48,853 nucleotides of DNA. Origin: an uncultured Thermoplasmatales archaeon. Lineage in GTDB: Archaea > Thermoplasmatota > E2 > UBA202 > DSCA01. Location of the stretch: positions 1-48,853 of the forward strand of contig CAZESS010000018.1 of NCBI GenBank assembly GCA_964514975.1, written 5' to 3'. Both the position numbers and the translations under genes were made by a program. Shown one piece after another: positions 9,580 to 19,702 of the stretch (the stretch's first letter is position 1; each line of letters opens with the position of its first letter). The notes below the pieces were generated by a model. The model searched no databases. It saw only the letters and a program-made list of their open reading frames with translations, and had not been told where the DNA came from.

Positions 9580-10224
9580 ATGCAGGTATCAGCGATACCG
9601 GGCGCCGGATACGACGCCAACATCTTCCTGGCGAGCAATGAGCGGCACGTGCTCGTAGACGCGGGCACCGGATACAACAGCGAATACGTTTACAGAAAAA
9701 TCCAGGAAAACATTGCGCTGGAAAACGTCGACGTCATCGTGCTCACCCATGAACATTTCGACCACTGCGGCGCCGTCGCCGGGCTGCGCGAGCGCTGCGA
9801 TGCGGAGGTGTACATGCACGAGAACGGCGCGTCGGTAGTCGAGCGGGGGGAGGACTGGTCGGCCGGCTGGTTTGGCACCTCGCAGGAGCCCACCGGGGTT
9901 GACCGGCGGCTCCGGGATGGCGACATGATACCGCTCGGTGGCACATCGCTCAGGGTCATCCATACGCCGGGGCATTCCCCGGGCGGCATCTGTCTCTACG
10001 AGGCAGCGTCAAAGTCATTGTTTTCCGGCGACCTCATCTTTGCCAATGGCGGGGTCGGGCGCACCGATTTCAGGGGCGGCGACCCGGCAATGTTGGCCCG
10101 CTCAATCCATGCGCTGGACATGCCCGTCACCAACCTTTATCCGGGGCATGGGCCATACGTTGAGGGTGTCGGACAGCGCCATGTGGACATGGCCGCCCGC
10201 GCCGTGCAGGGATGGCTCGACTGA
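9580..10224 (+). CDS. MBL-fold metallo-hydrolase (glyoxalase II-like)
   Basis: VLVDAG, THEHFDHCG, HTPGHSPG, FSGD, PGHG. Confidence 0.92.
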   Translation: MQVSAIPGAGYDANIFLASNERHVLVDAGTGYNSEYVYRKIQENIALENVDVIVLTHEHFDHCGAVAGLRERCDAEVYMHENGASVVERGEDWSAGWFGTSQEPTGVDRRLRDGDMIPLGGTSLRVIHTPGHSPGGICLYEAASKSLFSGDLIFANGGVGRTDFRGGDPAMLARSIHALDMPVTNLYPGHGPYVEGVGQRHVDMAARAVQGWLD

Positions 10225-10272
10225 CGGTGTCGTGCACACAAAATTTATAATGGCGTCCTTCTTTCGCTCTCG

Positions 10273-12375
10273 GTGACATCGACCGACCTTGCTCCCCTGT
10301 TCAACCCTCGAAGCGTGGCCGTTATCGGTGCCTCACATGACGAGGGAAAGATAGGGCACACGGTGCTCAGAAACATCGTCGACTCGGGATATCGGGGCTC
10401 CATTTATCCGGTGAACCCGAAGGGCGGCGAGATTCTTGGGCATCGGGTCTATGAGAACCTCGGGGGCATCGACGCCGAGGTCGACCTCGCGCTGGTCGTC
10501 GTGCCGGCCAAAATAGCGGTCGACGTCATCCGTCAGTGCGCCGAGCACGGCGTAAAATTCGCCATCGTCATCACTTCCGGCTTCTCGGAGATCGGCAACA
10601 TCGAGGCGGAACGCGAAATGGTCAGGACGGCCAGGGAGCACGGCATGCGCATCCTTGGCCCCAACGTGTTCGGATTGTTTTCTGCGGCTGCGTCGATAAA
10701 CGCGACCTTTGGCCCCTCGGACATCCGGCCGGGGAACATCGCCGTGATCTCGCAGTCGGGCGCCCTGGGCATCGCCATGATCGGCAAGACGGCCGAGGAG
10801 AACATGGGGCTGTCGACGATCGTGTCGATTGGCAACAAGGCCGATATCACCGAGGCTGAGATTCTTTCATATGTTTTCAACGATGACATCACCGACGTCG
10901 TCTTCCTGTACATGGAGGGGCTGGACAACGGGCGGGAGTTCATGGACCTGGTGCAGCAGAAACCCGAGGGCATGAACGTCGTCGCCATCAAGGCTGGCCG
11001 TTCAGAGGTGGGCGCCCGGGCGGTTGCCTCGCATACGGGCTCGCTCGCCGGCGCCGACAAGATTTTTGATGCCGCTTTCAGACAGGCCGGCGTACTCCGT
11101 GCCGAGAGCCTTGAGGAGGGGTTCAACTGGGTGACGACGCTGTCCGCCTGCCCCAGGCCGGCGGGTGATAACGTGGTCATCGTGACCAACGGCGGCGGCA
11201 TCGGCGTACTGGCGGCAGATGCCTGCGAAAAATATGGCGTCTCGCTGCTCAGCGACATGGAACTCCTGGAGGACACGTTTGGCGACGTTTTGCCCGCGTT
11301 TGGCTCCTACCGCAACCCGGTCGACCTGACGGGGCAGGCCGGCGGCGACGAGTACCGTGAAGCGCTCGAGCGAGCATTGCAGCGGGACGACATCGACGCG
11401 GTCATCGCCCTGTACTGCCAGACGGGGCAGTCCCCGCTTGACCCCATCCGTGAAACGTTTCTTGACATCCAGGAAAAATACGGCGATGAAAAGCCCATCG
11501 TGTACTCGTTGTTCGGCGGCGATCAGACCGACGAGGTGCTCCGCGACCTGACGACCAACGGGCTGCCGGCCTTTGACGACGTCGAGGACGCGGTGTCGTC
11601 GCTCAACGCGCTCTACCGGGCATATACGCCCCGTGAGGCACAGGTGGCGGAGGACGTTTCGTTCGACGAAAAGCGTATCGCCGGGGTCATCGAACGTGTC
11701 GCCGGCGAAGGGCGCGGGCAGCTCCTGGGCACCGAGGCGAAGGAGATCATGGACGCCCTCGGCCTGCATGTCCCGCCGTTCCGGGTCGCCCGGACCATCG
11801 ACGAGGCCGTCGAGGCGGCGAACGACATCGGCTACCCGGTGGTCATGAAGGTGGTGTCGGAGGACATCGTGCATAAGACGGACAGCGGCGGCGTGCTCCT
11901 CGACCTTGAAAACGAGAGCGAGGTGGTGGAGGGCTACGAGGCTATCATCCGGAGCTGCCGGCAGCATGCCCCCGATGCGAACATCCGCGGCGTCGAGGTC
12001 GTGAAAATGGTGCCCGAGGGCGTGGAGACCATCATCGGCTCGACGACCGACCCGTCGTTTGACAAGACGTTGATGTTTGGGCTGGGCGGCATCTATGTCG
12101 AGGTGCTCAAGGACGTCGCGTTCCGGGTTGCGCCGGTCAGCAAAAAAGAGATAGCGAAAATGATACGGGAGATCAGTTCCTTCCCGTTGCTGCTCGGCGT
12201 TCGGGGCGAGGGACGGAAGGACATCCCGGCGGTCATCGACGCCATCTACCGGGTCGGCATGCTCGTCGACCGTTTCCCCGAGATATCTGAGCTTGACGTG
12301 AACCCCCTGATGGTCTACGAGGACGGGGCAAAAGTTATAGACGCACGTATAAATATAGAGGTGGAAGAAACATGA
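10273..12375 (+). CDS. ADP-forming acetate--CoA ligase, fused alpha/beta subunits
   Basis: PRSVAVIGAS CoA-binding fold, GPNVFG, SQSGA, SHTGSLAG phospho-His, TNGGG, NPVD, and ATP-grasp HKTDSGGV, GLGGIYVE, ELDVNPL. Confidence 0.93.
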   Translation: MTSTDLAPLFNPRSVAVIGASHDEGKIGHTVLRNIVDSGYRGSIYPVNPKGGEILGHRVYENLGGIDAEVDLALVVVPAKIAVDVIRQCAEHGVKFAIVITSGFSEIGNIEAEREMVRTAREHGMRILGPNVFGLFSAAASINATFGPSDIRPGNIAVISQSGALGIAMIGKTAEENMGLSTIVSIGNKADITEAEILSYVFNDDITDVVFLYMEGLDNGREFMDLVQQKPEGMNVVAIKAGRSEVGARAVASHTGSLAGADKIFDAAFRQAGVLRAESLEEGFNWVTTLSACPRPAGDNVVIVTNGGGIGVLAADACEKYGVSLLSDMELLEDTFGDVLPAFGSYRNPVDLTGQAGGDEYREALERALQRDDIDAVIALYCQTGQSPLDPIRETFLDIQEKYGDEKPIVYSLFGGDQTDEVLRDLTTNGLPAFDDVEDAVSSLNALYRAYTPREAQVAEDVSFDEKRIAGVIERVAGEGRGQLLGTEAKEIMDALGLHVPPFRVARTIDEAVEAANDIGYPVVMKVVSEDIVHKTDSGGVLLDLENESEVVEGYEAIIRSCRQHAPDANIRGVEVVKMVPEGVETIIGSTTDPSFDKTLMFGLGGIYVEVLKDVAFRVAPVSKKEIAKMIREISSFPLLLGVRGEGRKDIPAVIDAIYRVGMLVDRFPEISELDVNPLMVYEDGAKVIDARINIEVEET

Positions 12376-13397
12376 AGACAATAGTAACGGCATCGGTGTC
12401 CCCCAACGCAGGAAAGAGCACCGTCGCCCTTGGTATCGCGCAGCAGCTGAATGGTTCCATCGGCTACATGAAACCGCTGGGCGACAACCAGATATACAAA
12501 AAAAAGCGGCTGGTTGACTACGATGCGGCGCTGTTCAAAAAGGTGTTCGCCATGGACCAGCCGATAGAGGAGTTCACCGTCGGATTTCATTATTCCAAGA
12601 TAGCGCATGCCTTCCCGGACATTCCCGGGGAGCTGCGCCGCCGTGCTGACACGCTCTCGGAAGGACGCGACGTGTTCCTGGTGGAGGGCAGCTACGACCT
12701 GGTCCACGGCATCTCGCTCGGCCTGGACACGTTTTCGGTTGCACGGGAGCTCGACGGCGGCGTGGTGCTCGTGCTCACCGGCGAGGCCTCGGACATGCTG
12801 GACGACCTGGTCTTCGCACATCGCGCCGCGGTGCATGACGACGTCGACATCGTCGGCGCCGTGCTCAACCGCCCCAAGGAGGAGGACATGCATCATGTCG
12901 AGGAGGCGCTCGAGGAGCGCGGCATTCCATTGCTGGGTGTCATGCCCTATCTCGAGGAGCTCGACACTATGCAGGCCAGCTACCTGGCAGACAAGCTGTT
13001 CGCCAGGGTCGTCGCCGGCGCCGATGGCATGGACAATCCCATCCAGCACATCCTCATCGGCGCGCTGTCCGCAAGCCAGATACAGCGCCATCCCGATTTC
13101 AAGAAGAAAAAAAAGCTGATTATCACCGGCGGCGACCGGACCGACGTCATCGCCGCCTCGCTCAAGGACCCCAACACCTCCTGCGTTTTGCTGACCAACA
13201 ACATCGTCCCGCCCTCCAACCTGACGGCGCGGGCGGACAAAAAAAACGTGCCGTTGCTGTCGGTCAGGCTGGACACCTACACCGCCGCTCAGAAGGTCGA
13301 GCGCATCGAGTCAATCATTTTGCCGGATGAAACCGACAAGGTGGAAACAATCAAGGGAGCCGCGGGCCATCTCGACCTGTCGCCGCTCACCGGATAA
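12372..13397 (+). CDS. Phosphotransacetylase-N-terminus-like protein (BioD/AAA_26 + DRTGG), lacking the catalytic PTA domain
   Basis: AGKSTVALG, GYMKPLG, FLVEG, ITGGDRTD. Overlaps the ACD stop (ATGA). Confidence 0.85.
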   Translation: MKTIVTASVSPNAGKSTVALGIAQQLNGSIGYMKPLGDNQIYKKKRLVDYDAALFKKVFAMDQPIEEFTVGFHYSKIAHAFPDIPGELRRRADTLSEGRDVFLVEGSYDLVHGISLGLDTFSVARELDGGVVLVLTGEASDMLDDLVFAHRAAVHDDVDIVGAVLNRPKEEDMHHVEEALEERGIPLLGVMPYLEELDTMQASYLADKLFARVVAGADGMDNPIQHILIGALSASQIQRHPDFKKKKKLIITGGDRTDVIAASLKDPNTSCVLLTNNIVPPSNLTARADKKNVPLLSVRLDTYTAAQKVERIESIILPDETDKVETIKGAAGHLDLSPLTG

Positions 13398-13417
13398 AAT
13401 TTACGGATACAGCGGGG

Positions 13418-13870
13418 CTAGCTCTGCAGATGGTCGATGGCCATGCCGGCGAACTTTTTGAAGGATACGATGCGGTCGACGACCCGCTCTGCGCCGACGT
13501 CGCGGAGGCGGTCACCCCAATCGGTGTCGCTCCAGGCGGTGTAGCCCCATATCACGGCGCCGCCGTCGATGTCCAGGATTGTCTCGGCGGTTCTGACGCC
13601 GTCGAGCCGGTCGTCCTCCCCGCGGCGGTGTGCATCCACGATTTTTTGGTCGGCGTTGCTCCCTGACAGGTTGAGGTCCATGACGACCAGCGCCGGCGTG
13701 TCACCGCTTTCGGCGAGCTCCCGGTATGTTTCGATGGCTGCCTCGCCGCTCAGCGCGCTGACGACCTTGACGCCGTCGGTGCGCTCGAGGTATGCCTTCA
13801 GGATTTCCTGGATGTCGGGTTCGTCGTCGACCACCAAAACAGTTTTAATCATTTTTGGGTCATCCTCCAT
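13418..13870 (-). CDS. Stand-alone response regulator (REC only)
   Basis: VLVVDDEPD, VVMDLNL, DG...YTA. Downstream of the histidine kinase. Confidence 0.85.
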   Translation of the reverse strand: MEDDPKMIKTVLVVDDEPDIQEILKAYLERTDGVKVVSALSGEAAIETYRELAESGDTPALVVMDLNLSGSNADQKIVDAHRRGEDDRLDGVRTAETILDIDGGAVIWGYTAWSDTDWGDRLRDVGAERVVDRIVSFKKFAGMAIDHLQS

Positions 13871-13960
13871 GTTTTTTGCCGCCCCCGCTGCGGGGCTTCT
13901 TTCCCGGGTCTATAACATGTGTTGGCATATAAAATGTATGTGCACGTCTCGCTCCTGCGG

Positions 13961-16900
13961 TCAGCCCTGCTCCGCCCGGGGAAGCCGGATAACGAACACT
14001 GTGCCCTGTGGCTCGTTGTCCATGACGGAGACGGAGCCGCCGTAGCGCTCTATCGTCTGCCTGACGATGTACAGTCCCAGCCCGGAGCCGCCGGTGTTTC
14101 CGTGGCTGTACCGCTCGGTGAACACCTGCTCCTTGACGTTGTCGGGGATACCCGTTCCGTCGTCGGCGACGCGAAGCTCGACCATGTTATCGTGGCTGCT
14201 AATGCCGATGTGGATGCTGCTGGCGTCCGCGTGCTGGACCGCGTTTCGCACGAGGTTTTCCACCGCCGGGTATATGGCGTCGTCAGCGAGCGCCGTGCCT
14301 TTACCCTTGATTGAGCAGTCCAGCGGGCAGTCCGCTATGGCTTCCTCCGCTACCTCGTGCAGGTTGCAGGGCTGCAGCCTGCCGCTGGAGCCCACCAGTG
14401 ATTCCAGCTCTCGCATCCGCTTGATGAGCTGCATGCCCTTGCGGATGTGGCTGTGAGCCGTCTCATGAAATGACGGGTCGTTTTCCTGCACGAAGAGCTC
14501 GAGGGCGCTCTCGGTGATGCTGAGATGGTTGAGGATGTCGTGGCGCATGATCTTGTTGATGAGCCGGAGCGTGTCGTTGAGCCGGGCGACCTGTTCCTCC
14601 GCCTGTTTGCGCTCGGTGATGTCTTCGACGGTGCCCAGATAGTATTGCACCTCGCCGCTGTCATTTTGTATGGCCCTGGCGTTTTCCCTGACGTGGAGCG
14701 TGCTGCCATCCTGTTTTTTCCAGGAGGACTCGAGCCCGGATACCCTGCCCTTGCTCTCGATTTTTTGTTTGAAACGCTGCCGGTCGTAGGATGGCTCGAA
14801 TCCTTCCTCCTCGAGGTTTCGCTCCCTCAGCTCGTCGAACGTGTCGTAGCCCAGCATGTCGAGCATCGCCGGGTTGGCCATCAGGATGTGGCCGTCGGGC
14901 GTGGTCTTGTAGATGCCGACCATCGCGTGCTCAAAGATGGCCCGGAACCGCTCCTCGCTTTCCCGCAGCTTCTCCAGCAGCTTTCGTTGTTCCGTGACAT
15001 CCCGGCACACGAGCAGTATCTGCAGCTCGTTTCCATCCGGGGACTTCACGAGGTCGGCGGTCGCGTCGACGTGGTGCCACTGGCCGTCGACGTCGGGAAA
15101 CCGGAAGCTAACCCGTTCTGTGACACCCTTTCGGTACAGCCCGACGGCGTCGCGCAGCTTCATCTTCACATATTTCCTGAGCAGCGGCTGCAGCTTTTCC
15201 CGGTCGTCCGGATGTATCATGGAAAGACCCGACTTCCCGATGAGGTCCGCTGGCTCGTAGCCGAGCTGCCGATGCGACGGGCTGACATACTGGTATTTGC
15301 CCTTCCAGTTGACGATGGAGATGTAGTCGCTGGTGTTCTCCGCGATGAGCCTGAATTTTTTCTCGCTTCGCTGGAGCTCCTGCTCCGTCCGCTTTCGCTC
15401 GGTAATGTCGCGCACCACGCAGATGAGACCGCCGTCGTCGAGCATGGTCAGCGAGAGCTCCTGCGGAAACCTGTCGCCGTTTTTTTTCAGCCCGACGGCC
15501 TCGCCCCGCCATTTGCCCAGTTGATGGAGCGTCGGCATGATGTCCTCCTCGAACCGCTGTTGCTCCGCCCTGTCGTACAGCTTTTTCCATGATTCCCCGA
15601 TGAGCTCCCCGGGGTCGTCGTAGCCGTATATCCTGGCGTGGGCGTCGTTCACGTACACGTAGCGCTCCTCCTCGTCGAGGATGGCGATGCCGTCCATGGA
15701 GGCGGCGATGCCGGCGGAATGATGCCTGAGCTGTTCCTCTATCTCTTTCCGCCTGGTTTTATCGCGGATGACAGAGACCACGCTGCCGTCGCCGACGGGG
15801 ATCATCCGGGCCTCGAACCGCCGTGGTTCTCCCCGAACCGATAGCTCGTATTCGTAACGCTGCATCTCACCGGTGGCGAGCGCCCGTTCGATGTGGTACA
15901 TGGTCGTCTCGGCGAGCTCCTTTGGCACGACGTCGCGGATGTGTCTCCCCATGAACTCGTCGGGAGCCCGGTACAGGTCCGCGCGGGCGCCCCGGTATCC
16001 GACGATGACGCCGTCCCGGTCGAAATGGAACATGAGGTCGGGAATCGCGTCGAGCAGCGCCCGGCTGTGTGCCTCGCTCGCCTGGAGCGCCCGCTGTGCC
16101 AGTGTTCGTTCCACCACGGCGGCAGTCTGCTTGATGATGGCCTCGATGGCCTCTCGATGTCGGAGCGAGGCATGGGCGGGGAGCAGGATGATGGCGCCGC
16201 CGAACGGGGTGTGGTCGATGGCGAAGCCCATGGCGTAGATGGCGTCTATGTCAAGGAGGCGCTCAATCGCGGTGCAGACCGGTCGGGGTATCTTCCGGGT
16301 GGAGAGGGCGTGGAGCCCGCCGGGCATGTCGACCAGCCGGCCGGCGGTGAACAGCTCCCGCTCTCGTTCGGTCATGTCATCAACGGAGAACGACAGCCGC
16401 TCAGGGTTCATGCCGACCAGGCGGGTGAGCCGTTCGAGGTACGGTGAAAACCCGGCAGTGTACTGTATCCTGATGTCCCCGGATGGCTCATCGGGGGCGG
16501 TCACGATGACATATGCCTCGGGGTTGAATGCCATGATGGCGTCGCCCGTCAGGCCGCATACGTCCCGGATGGTGTCGCATTTGCTCAGCTTCATGGCCGT
16601 GTCGGATATGACCTGCATTTCCTCGGCTGATGTACGGGCCTGATGCTCTTTTCGTTTCTGTTCCGTGATGTCGCGGGCGAAGCCGAGGATTTTTCCGTCG
16701 GGAAGCCGCACCGCTTTTATCTGAGCGTATCTCGTGTCGCCGTCCTTTCCTTTGACGGCTATTACATAGGGCGGGACGTCGTCTCCCCGGCGGCGATGCT
16801 TGAAGTGCTGCAGCGCTTTTTCTTTGCTTTCCTCGCTGAGAAATGGCACCTCGCTGAAATGGCGGCCGATGAGATCCTCCTTTGCATGCCCGGTGACGGT

Positions 16901-17410
16901 GAGATGGTTGATCGTTTCGAACACGCCGTCTTCGTCGAGCAGGAACACCGTGTCGGGGGTGAGCTCGAAGAGCTGCCTGAACCGGGGTGTGCCGTTTTGG
17001 GCGTTTTCCCCGGCCCGCTGTTGGTGGGTGATGTCCAGCGTGATTGTGATTGCTCCGACGACCCGGCCGTTTTCGTCGTGGAGCGGTATTGCTCGCACCA
17101 GCCAGGTTTGCCCGTCCGCCGTCGCTATTTCATCCTGTCGGGGTTCATCGCTCTGCAATGCTGCCTCGACGGGGCATGATGGACATGGTGTTTTCCGGCG
17201 GGCCCAGATGCGGTGGCAGGGTTTTCCCCGTAGGTCATCGAGCTCGCTGTCGACGGAGCGGGCGGCCGCCCTGTTCGCCCAGAGTATCCTGTGCTCGGTG
17301 TCCTGGGCGACGATGGGCTCGGACAGCGTGTCCAGCAGCGGTTTTGCCTCCTCAAGCTGGTGCAGGTGATATGCCTCGTGCGGATGTGCGTTGCAGTCTG
17401 CATCTGGCAT
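13961..17410 (-). CDS. Cytoplasmic multi-PAS (plus GAF-like) sensor histidine kinase
   Basis: About six PAS/PAC repeats (…DITERK…), H-box RHDILNHL, ENLVRNAVQH, VADDGTGIP, GSGLGL, no obvious TM segment. Start at 17410 or 17443. Confidence 0.93.
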   Translation of the reverse strand: MPDADCNAHPHEAYHLHQLEEAKPLLDTLSEPIVAQDTEHRILWANRAAARSVDSELDDLRGKPCHRIWARRKTPCPSCPVEAALQSDEPRQDEIATADGQTWLVRAIPLHDENGRVVGAITITLDITHQQRAGENAQNGTPRFRQLFELTPDTVFLLDEDGVFETINHLTVTGHAKEDLIGRHFSEVPFLSEESKEKALQHFKHRRRGDDVPPYVIAVKGKDGDTRYAQIKAVRLPDGKILGFARDITEQKRKEHQARTSAEEMQVISDTAMKLSKCDTIRDVCGLTGDAIMAFNPEAYVIVTAPDEPSGDIRIQYTAGFSPYLERLTRLVGMNPERLSFSVDDMTERERELFTAGRLVDMPGGLHALSTRKIPRPVCTAIERLLDIDAIYAMGFAIDHTPFGGAIILLPAHASLRHREAIEAIIKQTAAVVERTLAQRALQASEAHSRALLDAIPDLMFHFDRDGVIVGYRGARADLYRAPDEFMGRHIRDVVPKELAETTMYHIERALATGEMQRYEYELSVRGEPRRFEARMIPVGDGSVVSVIRDKTRRKEIEEQLRHHSAGIAASMDGIAILDEEERYVYVNDAHARIYGYDDPGELIGESWKKLYDRAEQQRFEEDIMPTLHQLGKWRGEAVGLKKNGDRFPQELSLTMLDDGGLICVVRDITERKRTEQELQRSEKKFRLIAENTSDYISIVNWKGKYQYVSPSHRQLGYEPADLIGKSGLSMIHPDDREKLQPLLRKYVKMKLRDAVGLYRKGVTERVSFRFPDVDGQWHHVDATADLVKSPDGNELQILLVCRDVTEQRKLLEKLRESEERFRAIFEHAMVGIYKTTPDGHILMANPAMLDMLGYDTFDELRERNLEEEGFEPSYDRQRFKQKIESKGRVSGLESSWKKQDGSTLHVRENARAIQNDSGEVQYYLGTVEDITERKQAEEQVARLNDTLRLINKIMRHDILNHLSITESALELFVQENDPSFHETAHSHIRKGMQLIKRMRELESLVGSSGRLQPCNLHEVAEEAIADCPLDCSIKGKGTALADDAIYPAVENLVRNAVQHADASSIHIGISSHDNMVELRVADDGTGIPDNVKEQVFTERYSHGNTGGSGLGLYIVRQTIERYGGSVSVMDNEPQGTVFVIRLPRAEQG

Positions 17411-17553
17411 GGTTTTCCCGTGTCTCTCCCCACCCCGTCGCAATCAGTCCTGCTAATAACATGAGTTATGCTAATAAAATGTTTACGGTGTTAACGGATG
17501 CTCCGGGTGGAATGTTCCGTTAATTTTATTAGCGCTCCCGGCGTTATCCAGCC

Positions 17554-18831
17554 ATGCGGAAGCTCGCCGTCGTGCTCGTCCTCATGCTCCTCGCGCTGCC
17601 ATTGACCGGCTGCCTTGACAGCGGCGATGCAGAGCCATCGGTCGTTGCACGCCAGTGCTACCCGGAGATATACCGGCCGGCATGCGAGATATCCGACATC
17701 CAGCAGAACGGCCTCCCCGCGGTGGACATCCAGTATGAACATGCAGGCGACCGGATGGACAACGTCAGCGTCGGCGACATGGTGTTTCTCACCTACCAGG
17801 TGTTCCTGCACAACGCTCCATCGTTCGAGGGCACCGCCCACTGCCTGGTCGACGGGCGGGAGCTGTCGCCGCGCGACCGGCAGCACCGCTATCTCCCGAC
17901 CGACGGCGACCAAAACGAGGCGCTCGGCCTGCCCGCCCTCACCACCGAGCAGCGGACGGTCAACGAAGGCAGCGTCTACACGTTCCGGTGGCCCTACCGC
18001 TTCGCCAGCTACGGAGACCACAGCATCGAATGCTACATCGAAGATGGCAATGGCACCCGGCATGCAAACATCAGCCGCACCGTCTCCGTTGACTACGCAG
18101 CGACGGACGACGACAGATGGGGACTCATCATCGGCGCCGATCCCGTGGACAACGAGATAGCGGCATGGAAGGACGGCGTCATGGCCTTCGACACCCTGTA
18201 CACCCATTACGGCATTCCCCGGGACAACATCCTGTACCTGTCCAACGGCTGCGCCACCCGCAGCAACGTCACCGCGGCGATGGACTGGCTGGGCAGCCAC
18301 ACCGGCCAGGCGTCACGGCTCGTCTTCTGGATATCGGGACACGGCGGCATCGAATGGTGGGGCGACGACGACAGGGAGCCGCGCGACGGCACCATCCAAC
18401 TCTGGGACGGCGTGCTCTACGACGGCGACGTTGCCTCCTTTTTCGCCGACACAGGCTCCATGAACATCCTGTCCGTCGTCGACACCTGCTACTCGGGCGA
18501 GTTCGGCGGCCCCGACGACCTCGAAAGCGTAGCAAACCTGTTCAGCGACGACCCAAACATGGAAGAAGACGGCCGGGTGCTCGTCACCGCCTCGACCACC
18601 TTCAACAGGGCCATCGCGACAGAGGACGGCGGTATCCTCACCATGCTCATGGCCGGCGCCCTCCAGGGCATCACGGACCGCGGCGGCGACACGGCCGACT
18701 TCAATGACGACGGCGTCATCACCGCGGAGGAAGCCGCAACATGGGCCGTGCTGCACATCAATCTGCAGCTCAGGTACGGCTTCGCGCAGATGAACGACTG
18801 CCACCAGGGAGACCTCACCTTCGCACAATGA
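17554..18831 (+). CDS. Secreted/lipoprotein caspase-hemoglobinase-fold peptidase (C14/C13-like)
   Basis: Signal peptide with lipobox LTGC, dyad ISGHGG and VVDTCYSG, EF-hand-like DFNDDGVITAEE. Confidence 0.8.
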   Translation: MRKLAVVLVLMLLALPLTGCLDSGDAEPSVVARQCYPEIYRPACEISDIQQNGLPAVDIQYEHAGDRMDNVSVGDMVFLTYQVFLHNAPSFEGTAHCLVDGRELSPRDRQHRYLPTDGDQNEALGLPALTTEQRTVNEGSVYTFRWPYRFASYGDHSIECYIEDGNGTRHANISRTVSVDYAATDDDRWGLIIGADPVDNEIAAWKDGVMAFDTLYTHYGIPRDNILYLSNGCATRSNVTAAMDWLGSHTGQASRLVFWISGHGGIEWWGDDDREPRDGTIQLWDGVLYDGDVASFFADTGSMNILSVVDTCYSGEFGGPDDLESVANLFSDDPNMEEDGRVLVTASTTFNRAIATEDGGILTMLMAGALQGITDRGGDTADFNDDGVITAEEAATWAVLHINLQLRYGFAQMNDCHQGDLTFAQ

Positions 18832-19664
18832 AGATAACGCCGATAGCGGCGGAATCACTCGGCGTCCGCTCGATGGCCCTCATCGTATCCACCCCGGACG
18901 TCACCGTTTTCATCGACCCGGCGGCAGCGCTCGGCCCTCAGCGATACGGCCTGGAGCCACATCCACGGGAGCTCCAGGCACTCGACGACGCGGAGCAGCG
19001 CATCAGCCGCCACCTCGACAGATGTGACGTCGTCGCCATCACCCATTACCATTACGACCACGTCGCACGCGACGGCTCATGCTATGACCACGCGACGATA
19101 TATGCCAAGGACATCGACAGCCACATAAACAGGAGCCAGCAGAAACGGGCTGCCACGTTCGCCGGACAGCTCGACGAGACGCCCGTGTACTGCGACGGCC
19201 AGGCATATACCCATGGAGACACCACGCTGCGGTTCTCCCCGCCGATGCCCCATGGCCCGCCGGAAACAAGGCTCGGCTACGTGACCATGCTCACCGTCGA
19301 AGCAGATGGGCGGCGCCTGCTGTACACCTCCGACGTCCAGGGGCCCGTGGACGACAGCGCCGCCGAGTATATCATCGGGGAGCAGCCCGACCTCGTCGCC
19401 GCCGACGGGCCACCCACCTATCTGCTCGGCTTTCGCTTTTCCCGTGCAAACCTGGAGCGGGCGGAGGCAAACATGTGCCATATCATGGGCGAGACGGGCT
19501 GCCAGCTTTTGCTCGACCACCACCTGCTCCGCGAGCAGCGCTACCGGAAGCGGCTGCCCCGGCTGTATGATGCCTATGGCGAGCGCATCCAGACCTACGC
19601 GGAACATCTCGGCATGGACAACCGCCTGCTCGAGGCACACCGCCGTGAGCTCTGGCAGGAGTGA
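18828..19664 (+). CDS. UPF0282-type MBL-fold metallo-hydrolase
   Basis: AESLGVRSMA, IDP, THYHYDH, SDVQGP, DHHLLR...LEAHRRELW. Confidence 0.88.
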   Translation: MKITPIAAESLGVRSMALIVSTPDVTVFIDPAAALGPQRYGLEPHPRELQALDDAEQRISRHLDRCDVVAITHYHYDHVARDGSCYDHATIYAKDIDSHINRSQQKRAATFAGQLDETPVYCDGQAYTHGDTTLRFSPPMPHGPPETRLGYVTMLTVEADGRRLLYTSDVQGPVDDSAAEYIIGEQPDLVAADGPPTYLLGFRFSRANLERAEANMCHIMGETGCQLLLDHHLLREQRYRKRLPRLYDAYGERIQTYAEHLGMDNRLLEAHRRELWQE

Positions 19665-19702
19665 AGCGAAGATTATTTTTACCGCCAGCGGATGCACTAC
19701 CA

